The notes: generated from the letters alone by a model not told the origin. 64,000 bases of DNA from Octopus sinensis (GCF_006345805.1 NC_043003.1:33356001-33420000), one strand, 5' to 3'; shown: positions 26,044 through 39,760, counted from the first letter of the stretch. Made by a program: numbers and translations.

Positions 26044-26455
26044 GGATCTTTTCGGTTTGAACGGCAGTTTTTTCTAGCGGTGTCATATAAAATTGTCACC
26101 CATAATTATGACCCTAGTATCGATCTATTGCCTTTCAATCTGTTTTAGGGTTAGTGGCGCGGGGAAGGGTATTTTTTTGTCTTCATAAATGTAAATAATC
26201 CCAATCATTTCTTAAGCGAGGGACATATTCATACGGCACAGAATGTTTTTTTTACCTCAATATACGTCATAGATTGGTTGAAATTGCAGAAATTGAAGAA
26301 AAAAAACAACGAATATCTTACAAACTATAGAATTTTTTCAATAAAGCCAAGAGAAAAAGATGTTTTATAAACACATTCTACCAGTATACGAAGTTTAAAA
26401 TTTTTTAGTTACCTAGAAATTATGTTAAAAACTGCCGTTCAAACCGAAAAGATCC
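26044..26455 (-). mobile_element. MITE, copy 3 (412 bp) with 9-bp TSD, Mutator-like
   Basis: AATGAATTT directly before (26035-26043) and after (26456-26464) the element; 9-bp TSDs are typical of MULE/Mutator elements. Confidence 0.92.
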
Positions 26456-27657
26456 AATGAATTTTAATCCCAGAAATTTTAGAGCTCACATAATAAATAT
26501 GATTCGTAAATGTCTATCAGATATATGTCATACACATAGCTCATCTGACATGTCGGAGAAGAATTACACACAGCTTTGGTGGATATTCATACAAGTTGAT
26601 ACTAGGAAAGCCGATCAAAAATCATTGTTAATTTTAGGGACATGAAATTCCCATATGTGATTCTAAACGCTGTAGAACTGAGCTTCTAGTGCGCAGCCTC
26701 TCTGTTTTTAGTTTTTATTAATTTTATTAACAATTTTACCTCATTATTCATACGAAAATAAGCATTTTGGAACATCTTAATCCGCAATACCAGGATATTT
26801 TTCTTTTGTTGTTTAGAATCTTCATGCTTAATATTTTATAATGAGTCAGACCATTCCAAATATATTTGTGACAAATGAACTGGCTTCCTCTTCCTCCTAA
26901 CATAAACACTGACTCTTAGTAATCTAACACATCAATACGACGCTAGTTGTTATTATATTGGTATTTCTTTTTCTCAAACACTTCGCAGTCTCTTTTCGTT
27001 TTATTCGACTGTGGATTTGAAAGCACCTGCACGCTTTATCAAAGTTTTCTGAATTACCGTTTAGCTGGTAGTGTATTATAAGTAGAATACGGGTCAGATA
27101 TCAACATCTGAGTAGCCTACAGGTATATATGATCCGAGATTAGTAGTTAATTGATAACTAATATGCTTGGCCTGAAGGCTACAAAATGTATATGAATGCT
27201 TTCACGAACAAGTCTTCACGGTATTTGGCAAGCGTCTTTGCATGTGTGAATAGGCGATGTAGTTTCAAATATTTTGCGTCAGTTACTGTGCATATACGGC
27301 CTCATGATTTGTCTGCATCTACGTAGCAATGCATGTGAATTGTCCCTGAATACCCGCATATAAGCTGTTGTTTCTCTGTGCGTGTAACTATATTAGTAAA
27401 TCGGAAGGATTACACGTATAATTATTAGCATCACATTTGAATATTCTGTTCAGAGAATATTAATATTGGCATCCTCAGCAGAAATTGGAAAGATTGTCTT
27501 GTTATGTATATGAGTGTACGCACGCATCCTCACACACACGCACGTATATATATATATTAATGCATGCATGTATATATGTATACATGTATATATGTATGTA
27601 TGATGAATGTATGTATGTATATATATATATGCATATATATATATGTTTGTATATATA

Positions 27658-27697
<40 letters not shown>

Positions 27698-28109
27698 GAC
27701 ATGTGCCATAGTTAGGAATTTAGCCTTAGGGTGGAACGTGTATAAGTACCGCCAAGAGTTGTGAGTTTACATCTCATTCACTATGCTAAAATAAAAACTG
27801 CGTCTAGGGTGATACAATAGTATCATTGTCCACAATATTTTCCTGAATATTGCTAGAGAATGGTTTTTATAAAGACTGTCAGAAAGTTTAACAATAATAT
27901 AATAAAGAAAAGGTTGTTTCATTTATCTGCGAAACAATTTATAGTCACGATTGCTAATTTAGAAGAATGTGCTTAGATAAGAAATTCTCCAAATTTCGTT
28001 TCATAGGTTGCTGAAGGAAAACAAAAAAAAAAACAAAAGTGTAAAGAAAGTCCATGGGATTTCATCTAGAAAGTTCCCCTCCGAGGTACCAGTTTGGGCA
28101 AGGTTGTTT

Positions 28110-28375
28110 ATCGAAGACCAACTGTCGCCCATGCATAGCAGATTCCCCTCTCCACTCCACCGATATTACCAAAGAAAAGGTAAACGGTGATACAGCTTGG
28201 CACCAGTGACATTGCAAGTTATTTCTACAACTGAATGAACTGTGGCAGTGTGAAATAAAATGCGTTACTCAAGAATACAGCTTGATTCGGTAACATACAG
28301 CTTCGTCCGGTAATCGAACTCACTACCTCATGATTGTGAGCTCGACGCTCTAACCATTAAGCCATGCACTTTCAC
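28110..28375 (-). mobile_element. tRNA-derived SINE, diverged
   Basis: Reverse complement head GCATGGCTTAATGGTTAGAGCGTCGAGCTCACAATCATGAGGTAGTGAGTTCGATTACC (A and B boxes). Confidence 0.8.
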
Positions 28376-29086
28376 TCGAAGGAAAATATTTCCCTGTAAA
28401 CTTGTTGGATCTTATGAAAAAATATAAAATTTTGGGAAATTGTGGCAGTTCGCAGTGCGAAGCATGAGTTCCTTGCAACTATAATCCTTTCTATTATAGG
28501 TAGAAGGCTCATAATTTGTGGGAGAGGGCTAGCCGATCATATCGAGCCTAGAACTTGACGAGTACTCTTTTAATCGACCAAAAGGAATCAGAAGCATAGT
28601 TGGCCTCGGCACAGTTTGAACCTATAATCCTGTTTATAGTTGTAGCAGTTATGTAGATTAGCAGTAGTACCAGCACGAAGATTCATAGCTATAATAGCCA
28701 CAGCGGTGTCCGTTTAAAAAGGAAATAGTCTGGTCAACTGAAACAGCAGGAGTTTAGCAGCTCGTCCTGCAATGCTTAGAGTACTGCACTTGTAGGACGT
28801 AATAAACTGACTATCTTCCGGATGTTGTCTGAAAGTATATTAGTTTGACTACTTGCAGCTGTAGAGACATCTAATGTTTGATTAATACAAAGTAGAACTA
28901 CGACAATGCTACGATATTTGTAGAGGAGGGTACAGGCATACCTCAGCTTACGTTGTCTGCAGTTAATTTTTTTTTTTTGCAATCTTAAGACGTTAACGTA
29001 AATCTCAACTTTAGATGACTTATTCGAATTTACCTAAAACAAATACTGAAGTGTAAATTCAAGTAAAATACATGAAAATATACACT

Positions 29087-29215
29087 CGTGGCTAAGTGCA
29101 ATCTTGAGTGTAAGATTGCGGTTTCGATTCCTGGACCAGGTGATATGTTATCTTCTTGTGCAAAACACTTCATTTCACATTGCTCCAGTCCATTCAGCTG
29201 GAAAAATGAGTTATC
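29087..29215 (+). mobile_element. SINE head fragment
   Basis: CGTGGCT...GGTTTCGATTCCTGGACC...CATTTCACATTGCTCCAGTCCATTCAGCTGG matches the 35277 family in reverse. Confidence 0.7.
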
Positions 29216-30609
29216 CAACAACAGACCGGCATCCCCTCCAGAGAAGAATATATATTTGCCGCAGAATCCGGGAAAACGACCTTATTATACAATGGCACGG
29301 GAAATACATTTGATCTTATTCCAAAAAAATTATTAGACAGATATAAACTAATAAAATGTTTAAAATGATTTTCACTTACGTCGTTTTCCGAGTTATGTTC
29401 TATATCTTTCAGCCAAATATCAACGCATAATGAGATATACATGTGTATGTCTACTCACTGGTAGTTGATATATTTCTTTATTGATCCGGTTTAGATGAAC
29501 AGTGACGGTTATTGTGGTAGTATTTTTTCTGAATTTACGAGACAAAAATACATTTCATAAGATTTTTAGATTATTGCATTAGTCTTCTATGGAGTGAATA
29601 CTATTTTAGATATCATTATCAAGTGAATAATATTTTAAATGTCATTATAAAAAAAAAGTGCTGTATCAGCATAATGTTTGAGAGTTGAACAAAAATACAT
29701 TAGGGTTTTGACGTTCTGAATTGTAATCCTATGAGGTTGATTAGCTTTTCAAAATTTCGATGACAAGTAAACAACGTAGCAGCTCAATACTAACAAGTCG
29801 TTAACTGAGACACTTGTGTCTCGTAGACGGCTTCAAGAAGGAGTGGAAAAATCTAATCGTTGAGGATTTAATAGTGGATAAACGTTACGACGCAACATCC
29901 ATAGTATTGCTGTGAGAAACAGTAACCTTAAGTATTTGTTAGGAAAATCACAACGAAAGAACAGAACAACATGCATTTTGTAATTATAAAAAAAAATGTG
30001 TCTCTTCCATATCGACGTACCCAATGCAAGCACATTTTGTAGGCTATAGATAATGGTGAACAGGAGGTGGAAGAAGAAGAGAAGGTGGAGGAGGCGAGGT
30101 GGAGAATTATGATGATGATGGTGATGATGATGATGAGGAGGAGGAGGTGGGGGAGGAGGAGGAAAAAGGAGGAAGAGGAAGAGAGGAGGAACAGGTGAGG
30201 TGGAGAATTTACGATGATAATGATAATGATGATGATGATGAGGAGGAGGAAGAAATAGAGGAGACAATGTAGAGATTTATTAAGACAATGATGATGACGA
30301 TGTCGAATTTGCTTTTTAATACACCGAAATCGATAAAGGACTGGTTTACAACCTTGCTCCTTTTAGTTAGGTGTTTTTGTCCCTATTGTTTCTATGGCTC
30401 CTACTTCAGTATTACGTAAAGCAGTGTACCAAATGCCAGATTCAAACTGCTCAATTCTCTCTGTTAAATGTATTAGAGTAAAACATCGGTCCCAGTGAAC
30501 GTATTGAAATGCATGAAAATTATAAAAAAAACACACCTAAAACCAATTCAGAACTAGAAAGTAAAATAAAAGACATGTGAAAATATGTACAAACCACTTA
30601 ATGAAATAT

Positions 30610-31123
30610 GGGGGCGCGTGGCTTAATGGTTAGGGTTGCACTTCTGCTCGTAAGAGTGCAGTTTTGACTCAGGGACCGAGTGAATGCCTTCTATTTTGAG
30701 CCCACTCATTTGCAAGAATGAGTAATGCTTCGGCAGAGAGCCGTATCGTCCAAGGGAGAATACATACACGCCAGAGACTCCAGGAAACCGGTCTTATTGA
30801 CACCAAAGCTCGAGAAGTACCTTTTCTGATACTGGCACAAGAACTCAAATTTAGAGATGAGTATTGCCAATTAAATCTATTCCAGTAATTAATTATCTTT
30901 TACTTCCTATAGTCCATTAGAGTGCACCCATGTTGGGGCACCGCCTTGAAATTTTAGTCGAATGAACCAACCCCAAGACTTATATTTCTTAGATATGGTA
31001 CTTATTCTATCGGCCTCTTTCTGCCGAGCTACTGAGTTACAGGGACATAAACACACCAGCACCGGTTGCCAAGTGGTGGTAGCGGGGGACAAACACAGAC
31101 ATAAACACACACACAGACGCATG

Positions 31124-31125
<2 letters not shown>
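30610..31125. mobile_element. Cluster of SINE fragments (plus-strand head from ~30610; minus-strand 3' half ~30870-31125)
   Basis: GGGGGCGCGTGGCTTAATGGTTAGGG head; GGGGCACCGCCTTG...GGGACATAAACACACCAGCACCGGTTGCCAAG...GACAAACACAGAC minus-strand body. Confidence 0.75.
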
Positions 31126-31186
<61 letters not shown>

Positions 31187-32169
31187 ACATATATAGTCTC
31201 TGGATGGTGGCTTTGCTGGGTGGGAGATGCTTATCTCCCATGTTTGAAAACTTAAGGACACAGAACGCTTGTATCACATAGCCAACTAGAAACGATGTTT
31301 CCAGGGTCTAAATAGCAGTAGCATTCTTTCCGCTCCTGGGACTGCCACATTAAGTCGGTATCAAACCATCTCTCTCTATATATATACCTATAACACTCAC
31401 CGGTAAAATTTCCCCGCATTTACTAATTTATTTTTCTAAAATTTTCGTTGCATCTTTCAACCTTCTCAATAGTTGTTGATTCTGTCCGTTATTCGAGCAG
31501 CGTCGTTTTTGTTTGTTTGTGCACATGTATGTGGGTCAGTGTGTGTGTGCATACACATGTACGTATGTATGCATGTATGTAAGTGTGTGAATGCAAGTAT
31601 GTATGTGTGTGCATGTGTATATATGTATGTCAATGTGTACCTTTGTATGTATGTATTCTGCATATTCATGTGTTTGTGTGCTTGTGTGTTCGTGTTTGAA
31701 TGTTTTATGTATGTGTGTGTGTTTGCATACGTCTGTGTGTGTGTGTCTGTGTGTGTGTACCTCTGTCTCCTTATGTCTGCATGTCTGAGTGTGTCTCTCT
31801 GTGTATGTATGGGTTTTTTTGACTAGGTACTTTGTCTCTATGTATGGATGTGTATCATCATATGTGTGGTCGTGTGCCTCCATTTGTGTTCTTGTGTGAC
31901 GCGAAATGTGTGTGTATATGGTCATATGTTTCAGTCTTAATTTGCGTTTGTGTGTATGTGTGCTTGTCTGTTCATATTACCTATGTACCTATCTGTCAGT
32001 ATATCTATCTGCTTACTTTCATATCCATTTGTCTACATACATATGCATATACATACACACATCTACACAACAGCCCACTAACTATTCTACATGTATATGA
32101 ATATAAACTGTTGGGATAGGGGTATGATTATCTACTACGTGATTTTCCTATTTAGTACTGGGGATATTT

Positions 32170-32575
32170 CATTTTTTGTCTAAATGTTGGTCCTTCGGGT
32201 GATTGGATAAAATGCGGATGTCAAGTTGACTCAGGTTGCCTTCATGTAGGTCCTAGAGTATGGAGGACTGTTTTTTTTTTGTCATCATATTGTCTCAAAT
32301 GTTCGCTTAATCTTCCGCAATGCTCCTAGATGGCCCCCTATGTATGTCATGCGCATGTCTTTACAAGCAGCTTCTATGCATCTTATGCTGTAGACTACAT
32401 TTCTAGTTCTACAGTTTATGTCACGGCTAATCCCACATACCATGCAGTTATCATTGGTATATATGGTATTCTCAAAGAGGTACATCTTACATAGTTGTAA
32501 TCTAATGGAGTTCCCTGGCTTTTCCATGACGGGCTTCTTACTGTTTTCATCTGCCAGATCCACTCGCAAGGTTTT
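32170..32575 (-). pseudogene. Penelope-like GIY-YIG endonuclease fragment
   Basis: ORF 32285-32581 contains RLQLCKMYL...DINCRTRNVVYSIRC...TYIG, matching the PLE C..NVVY.I.C....YIG motif with an upstream Cys motif. Confidence 0.75.
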
Positions 32576-32685
32576 GGTCAACCCAAGGCTATAGGAGGAG
32601 ACACTTGCTTAAGGTGCCACTGCGTGGGACTGAATCCGGAACCATGTGATTGTGAAGCAAGCTTCTTACCACACATCCACGCCTA
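32570..32685 (-). mobile_element. SINE head fragment (first family); another lies at 34390-34530
   Basis: GGCTATAGGAGGAGACACTTGCTTAAGGTGCCACTGCGTGGGACTGAATCCGGAACCATGTG. Confidence 0.85.
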
Positions 32686-33460
32686 GTGATTCCGGAAGGG
32701 TAAAAGGCAGAGTTGACATCAGCGTCATTTGAACTTAGAGTGTAATGAACCGAAAGTAAATGCTATTAGGTGTTTTGCGTAGTTACTTTTGAACTTCTGG
32801 TAATTCACTGCCGTTACTGACATATCATTTCAAATTTGAAACATGCTGCCAAAGTAGGGAATCATATTATCCAAGTTAAAAGTATTTATATACCGCTGGC
32901 TTCCAATTCTAGTAATTATTCTTACTTTCATTTATCCAAGACGTATCAATGCATAAATAAAGAATGCTAAGAGTACTATGAAATGCAAAATTCCTATTAA
33001 GAATTGGAAATATGACCTCTTAGAAGTTAAAGAACAAAATAGTAATTAGAGAATTGAGTGAATCATTGCCACATGAAAACTACATGCAAGCAATAAAACA
33101 ATTAATTAAACATTAATTCGTATAACAAAGAATAGTTGCAAGAAAATATAGCAAACACACACACGCGCACACAACAGACATACACAGCCACCTTTCCACA
33201 CGTACGTGTTTATATATTAGTGTCCATAAAGACAACTAGACAATTGTGGCTGCGCCTGTGTTACATCACACACATACACTCACATGCATGCATACATACA
33301 TTCATATATTGAAGCACACAAACACACACACACATATGTATATAAGTATGCATGCACATGTGTATGTATGTATATGTGTGCATGAATATATGTATAGATA
33401 CATACATACACACATATATACATTTATATATATATACATACATACACACACAAACGCACT

Positions 33461-33504
<44 letters not shown>

Positions 33505-33681
33505 TTTCTGTGTGTGCATGCATTTAATGACTCAATATAGAAAATTAGTTGTAAATATGAATTCGATTAAAACTTATAAAAGCATTCATTTAATTTGTAC
33601 ATATTAACATTTTCTTTTAGGTTTAAACAATTTCTTTAGCTTCGTGAATATATATATATATATATAGATATATATATATAT

Positions 33682-33737
<56 letters not shown>

Positions 33738-33832
33738 GATTGTGTTTGTTTGTTTCTGTGTGTGTATAAACACTTATATATGCCTATGATTTGCGTTTTC
33801 AATTCCTTCTACTTTTATACACATATACATAC

Positions 33833-33872
<40 letters not shown>

Positions 33873-34579
33873 GTGTGTATATATATATATATATATAATA
33901 TATATAGAGAGAGAGAGAGGCGGGATAGAGAGATAGATATATTTGTAGATATATATATGTTCTGTTTTTTTTTTTGCTTGTGTGTGTATATGTGTGTGTG
34001 TGTTTGTGTGCGCATGTGTGCCACTGATTATATTGTTACTTATTTTTTGAAATGACAACACATAAATATCAACAAATTATTCTTATTTAATTTGATCATT
34101 TTTGTTTACTTTGAAAAGTTTAGTCAAATATCAAATACCATAATTCATTGCTAAAATAGAAACTCAGAATTGACCTTTTTAAACTGCATATCTATAAACT
34201 CTTGAAAACTAAACTTTAGAAAAGTACGTTTTCTCGTTTCCTAATATTTGAGTGCTTGAATCACTGACTAGACATTTAACGGTAAAATAATTCGCGATTC
34301 TTTTGGAACTAGTGGGTTGAGTTGAGAAGGAGAAGAACGAAAAGTGCGTGTCGAGTTCCATATACAAAATATTTATGTATCGTTAACAAAACATAGGCTT
34401 GGCTGTATGGTAAGAATACGTTTTCCAACTGCATGGTTCAGCATTTAACCCCACTGCGTCGTAGAGTGGGCTACTGTCTCCTACTATAGCTACGGGCCGA
34501 CTAAAGCCTTCTGAAAGAAACCTGTCGCATGTATGTATGTATGTATTTGATATTTTTGAACTAATGGTTATATGTTGAT

Positions 34580-35100
34580 TAGTATGTTGAAATGTTGAGT
34601 AGAGAGACATTTTGGGCTGGGAATCTTTGGTAATTGTGTGTTCTGTTGGGTGTTGTTTTTTTATGTTTTGTTGTAGTGCTAGTGGGGTGGAGAGGGTTGT
34701 TTCCTTCCTCATCTGGAGTATATCTCCCCCCATTCGCTTTTGGCTCCTTCCATTTCCTCTTCCTCTGTAACATTTTCACGTTGCCTCGATTGGTTTTTCA
34801 TGTTTTCTTTTCCTTTCGTTTTTCAATTATTTGGCACTCGGACCTAATGTAGCCTTTTTGTCCACATTCGTAGCATGTTTCAGCCGCAGTGAGCTTCCAG
34901 GATTTGCGCACTGTAGGAGAAATCTTGCCATCATTCAAAGTAGCATGCCTGAGATATGGCATTCTCTCAAACGACGACACACTGAAGCATTCTTTACGAA
35001 AAGTTGCTTCATGTAGGACGCCCTTACAGTTGCATGTTATGTTAGCTGCCATTTGAACGTATATGAAGCCTGCAAATGCTTTTCACGTGCGGACCACTCA
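34580..35100 (-). pseudogene. Retroelement ORF1/gag-like remnant with degenerate CCHC zinc knuckle
   Basis: CYECGQKGYIRSEC (CX2CX4[H>Y]X4C) followed by a charged low-complexity tail (RKEKKT...RKRKWKEP). Confidence 0.65.
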
Positions 35101-35149
35101 CACATAATCCATGATTTATGATTTCTTGCACCAAGGTTTTAATATAGAA

Positions 35150-36395
35150 CGCCAGAAAACATGGCACTGCACTCAATTGATGCAATTCTGATAGAGAATG
35201 GCATTAATTGTTTAGCAATTGGGTTGCCTGAACCTATTGGAGTACAGCAGCTTGAGTATCATGAAGGCCTCGAATAAAAAAAAAAAAGACTCCGCCGGTT
35301 ACGACGACGAGGGTCCCAGCTGATACGATCAACGGAACAGCTTGCTCGTGAAATTAACGTGCAAATGGCTGAGCATTCCACAGACACGTGTACCCTTAAC
35401 GTAGTTCTCGGGGATAATCAGCGTGACACAGAGAGTGACAAGGCTGACCCTTTGAAATACAAGTACAACTCATTTTTGCCAGCTGAGTGGACTGGAGCAA
35501 CGTGAAATAAAGTGTCTTGCTCAAGGACACAACGCGTCGCCGGGAATCGAACTCACAACCTTACGATCATGAGCCGAATGCCCTAACCACTAAGCCACGC
35601 GCCCTCACAAGAAGGCCTCGAATACCTAGGCATTGATACACTTACTGATAAACAGAGACTGACTGATAATGCTGTGCTTGAATCTGTAGATAAGAAGAGG
35701 AGAGGTGATATACCCAACCACTCCTGTTTCTATGTAGATGCACCAGGAGGTTGTGGTAAAACTTAGATGTTTAATATCGTAATTTCTTATCTGCAGTGGT
35801 GCTTGGACAGGCATTGGCTCTGCACTACTGTCAGGTGGAAACACTATCCATAGTTTGTTCAAGCTGCCTGTCCCACTCACGGATGCCAGTGTTTGTAATG
35901 TACCAGCCACTTCAGACCATGCAAATCATTTACGAAACCTGGATCTGATCATCTTGGATGATCCTTCTATGATCCCTTCATTTGCTGTTCATGTGAAATA
36001 TCACTGGCATTGCTGCTGTTTTTTGTGGTAAAGTGGTTCTCTTGTGGAGAGACTTTAGGAAAGTCTTACCCATATTGCTAAGAGGAATAAGTGAGGCAGT
36101 TATTGAAATCTGTATTAAAAATTCGCCTCTATAGTTGAATTTCATCCAATAGATTAAGCTAAATCATCAGGACGACAGCAGACCAAAAGGAATTTGCAGC
36201 ATGGTTCTTGCAACTTGGTAATGGAACACATGCAGCCCCACAAGATCCTAATCTTGCTGTTGATGTCATAGAACTGCCTCAAATTTCATAAGTTAACGGC
36301 TCGCTAGTGGATCATATCTCCAACAATACATTTGAGGAAGAAAGAAGCAGAGTAATTCTTTTGCCAAAGAACTCAGAGTGCCTCCTGCTCAATAT
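35150..36395 (+). pseudogene. Helitron Rep/Hel PIF1-family helicase remnant interrupted by a SINE
   Basis: FYVDAPGGCGKT* (Walker A), AWTGIGSALLSGGNTIHSLFKLPVPL, LIILDDPSMIP, GKVVLLWRDFRKVLP, KEFAAWFLQLGNG, VILLPKN; contains stops and frameshifts. Confidence 0.92.
35277..35610 (-). mobile_element. Full-length tRNA-derived SINE with 14-bp TSD
   Basis: TSD GAAGGCCTCGAATA at 35263-35276 and 35611-35624; minus-strand A box TGGCTTAGTGG, B box GAGTTCGATTCCC, poly-T end. Confidence 0.95.
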
Positions 36396-36399
36396 ATAC

Positions 36400-36632
36400 T
36401 TATTTCTTTATTGGCCAAAGGGCTCTAAACATAGGGGGGACAAACAAAGACAGACAAAGGGATTGAATCGATTACATCGACTCCAGTGCGTAACTGGTAC
36501 TTATTTAATCGATCCCGATAGGTTGAAAGGTAAAGTCGACCTCGGAAGAATTTGAACTCGGAACGTAACGGCAGACGAAATACTGCTAAGCATTTCGCCC
36601 GGCGTGCTAACGATTCTGCCAGCTCACCGCCC
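36400..36632 (-). mobile_element. Full-length SINE (second family)
   Basis: Minus-strand head GGCGGTGAGCTGGCAGAATCGTTAGCACG...GTTCCGAGTTCAAATTC; truncates the Helitron remnant. Confidence 0.88.
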
Positions 36633-36839
36633 TAGAAGAAATATATATTGGCGTAACCATGGTGTACTGGTGATTTGAAAGGCTAGCGGTCTATATCTGC
36701 TTTGATTTGTGATTATATAATTGTACTGTGTATGCCTATTGGAGCAGAAATGTAAAATAGTTTATTATACTGTGTAATTATTATTATATGAAGGCTGCGA
36801 AACCGCAGTAATCCTACTGATATAAAGTGGTTAGATAAA

Positions 36840-37835
36840 TATCAGGCTGAGTAAAAAGTAAGCAACGTTTGAAACAATGAAATTCATCACAATATATTCC
36901 AAGAATGCGGAAATATCATTCGTCAAATTAAGTACCATTACAATCAACATATTTTCCCAACGTGTTACAAGTTTGTTTATTCGGGTAACACAAAAATCTG
37001 GAGTTCTGGAGCTTATAGACTCTTTGAACACACTTTCACCATCTCCTTCTCTTGCAGGAAACCATCAAAGTGCTTGAAAAAGTGGTAGTTTGAAGAAAGG
37101 TCTGGGGAATAAGCTGGGTGGGGAAGAACTTCGTAGCCAAGTTTCCTCAACTTTTGGAGAGTCATTAATGAAACGTGTGGTCAAGCATTGTCATGAAGGT
37201 TGATTGGCCCTTTTCTGTTGACCAGTCTGGGACGGATGAGTAGCAGTTTTTCATTCATTTGTGGAATTTCATGGCAATATGTTTCTTCAGTAATTGTTTT
37301 TCCGTGTTTTGAAGAGCTCGGGTTTAGGAAAAGTTTTCGGTGCTTCATTTTGGCTCAACAACTGCAAAGAACAATTTTTATTATTGTACAGAATCCACTT
37401 TTCATCACAAGTTAAACTACGGTCGAGAAATGGATCAGTAGGATTACGGAGAAGAAGCGACGGGAAAATTTCATATCTCAGCATTTTCTGATTTTCATTC
37501 AAATCGTGTGGTACACACCTGTCGAACATTTTTGATTTTCCGATCGCATGCGAATGGTTTCGGCAGTTTTCAGGCTAACTTGAATTTCTTAAGTCAGTTC
37601 TCGGGTGGTTTTACGTGGATCTTTCTCAATGATAGTCTTTAATTGACCGTCATCGATGACAGATTGGCGTCCACTACGCTCACGATCTTCAAAGCTCAGG
37701 TCTCCACTGCGAAATCGTTTAAACCAGTTTTGAGCTGACCACTTACATGTCATTTCCTCACCAGGCGTTTCGTTGAAATTTTCCCGCACGCATGTACACA
37801 CACGAAAATATGGAGGCACAGTAAAATGAGACATA
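36840..37835 (-). mobile_element. 5'-truncated, dead mariner (Tc1/mariner) element
   Basis: WFKRFRSGD..EDRERSGR (HTH), CVPHDLNENQK (WVPHEL), TCDEKW, HDNA*PH, YSPDLS; the third catalytic Asp is lost; putative TIR TA-TCAGGCTGAGTAAAAAGTAAGCAACG at ~36840. Confidence 0.93.
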
Positions 37836-38569
37836 CAACTCTAAATCGGGCTGAGAAACGGATTCCACAATGCAGACCGTTATCCAGTATAGTAGGACGC
37901 GGGGCACAAAACTTAGGATAAGCTAGAATGTATTTCTACGAGCCAAATAATATAACAATATAAGCAGAAAAAGGTGTGGTATGCAAAGATTTAAAGGACG
38001 GGGACACGTCTCAAGACTAGATCGAAATAGGAAACACACATGTACTGATATGTAAATACATGTTCCAAATACAGATAACCTTATTTCGTTCGTTCGTTCG
38101 CTCTTTCCTTCTTTCTTTTCTTCCTTTCTTCCGTCCTTCCTTCCCTCCCTTCTACTTTCCTTTCTTCCTTCCGGATTTCTCGAACCAGAACTGGGACGAG
38201 TCTTGTCCACATCCGAACACAGTTACTGCTTTGTTTTAAAGAGATATGAGACAGAATGAGGAAGAAGAGGATAGCAGAAGGAGGAAGGAGAGAAGAAGAA
38301 GAGGAAGAAGGGGGAGGAGGTGGTGCTTGTTAGAAGAGGAAGAGGAGAAGAAGAAGAAGAAGAAGAAGAATTGAACCACGCATAGCCATGCAAAAATATG
38401 AACACCCGATCACACTAAAGCACACATATCCAGATGTATGAACACATGTTCACTCACTACTGAATGCTCATACACAAATATGCACTAAACACACACAGAT
38501 TTATTAATATTTATTAATACATGTTCACAGACTAAGCACACAATTATACAGATGTTCATACACTAAAAT

Positions 38570-38963
38570 GGATGGATGGATGGAAGCACTCCGTCGGTTA
38601 CGACGATGAGGGTTCCGGTTGATCCGAATCAACGGAACAACCTGCTCGTGAAATTAACGTGTAAGTGGCTGAGCACTCCACAGACACGTGCACCCTTAAC
38701 GTAGTTCTCGGGGATATTCAGCGTGACACAGAGTGACAAGGCCGGCCCTTTGAAATACAGGTACAACAGAAACAGGAAGTAAGAGTGAGAGAAAGTTGTG
38801 GTGAAAGAGTACAGCAGGGATCACCACCATCCCCTGCCGGAGCCTCGTGGAGCTTTTTAGGTGTTTTCGCTCAATAAACACTCACAACGCCCGGTCTGGG
38901 AATCGAAACCACGATCCTATGACCGCGAGTCCGCTGCCCTAACCACTGGGCCATTGCGCCTCC
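38570..38963 (-). mobile_element. Full-length SINE with 10-bp TSD and (ATCC)n tail
   Basis: TSD ACACTAAAAT at 38560-38569 and 38964-38973; head GTGGAGGCGCAATGGCCCAGTGGTTAGGG...GGTTTCGATTCCC. Confidence 0.95.
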
Positions 38964-39760
38964 ACACTAAAATACATATGCACACATACGTAAACACTTT
39001 CATACGCATAACACATATAATTAGTGAAATAAATGTAACACATCAAACACCTGTATAGGCATGGAGACACGTTTACTCATTATGCACTCGTAAACATATA
39101 CGTGAGCGCACATCAGGTAAACACATTAACACACTACAAGCGAGCCGATACAGTTACGCAAACATGTTCACGTATTAAACACACATATGCATATATAAAG
39201 CTGGGCGATTTAAATGCAGATATCAATGATGGAAGCTACACATTTTAATATCCTATATGCGTTTGTCATCCTTATAGATTGAATATGCACACACATGCAT
39301 ACATACACTCAAACACATCCATGTACACAAACGAACGCACACAAAGACCGATACACCCCACACGAACACACATTGACAAGCAAGTACAGATGAGCATACG
39401 TAAATAGTTACATACACAGAATAGAGGTACAAACGAACACGCCAATACATAATGGCAGAAGAATATTCGATGCATATATTCGATTTTATACGTACATATG
39501 CATGTATGTACGAGTGTATGTATGTATACATGTATGTACGTATGTATGCAATTACGTATGCATGTATATGTGTGTGTGTGAATATACGTAATTATGTATG
39601 CATTCATGTATATGTAGGCATATATGTATGTATATATGCATATATATATATACACACACAAACATGCATATACAGGCATGCATATACAATATATGTATAT
39701 ATATATACATTCGAACAGATGCGTACAGCTCCACCATGTCTTCCTTTATGCATCTGTCTG

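Noticed and set aside
35540-35610. tRNA-like sequences (also ~28320, 30610, 38900 and 49420)
   Set aside because: They are SINE heads continuing into SINE bodies, with TSDs at 35277, 38570 and 49194; no complete cloverleaf.
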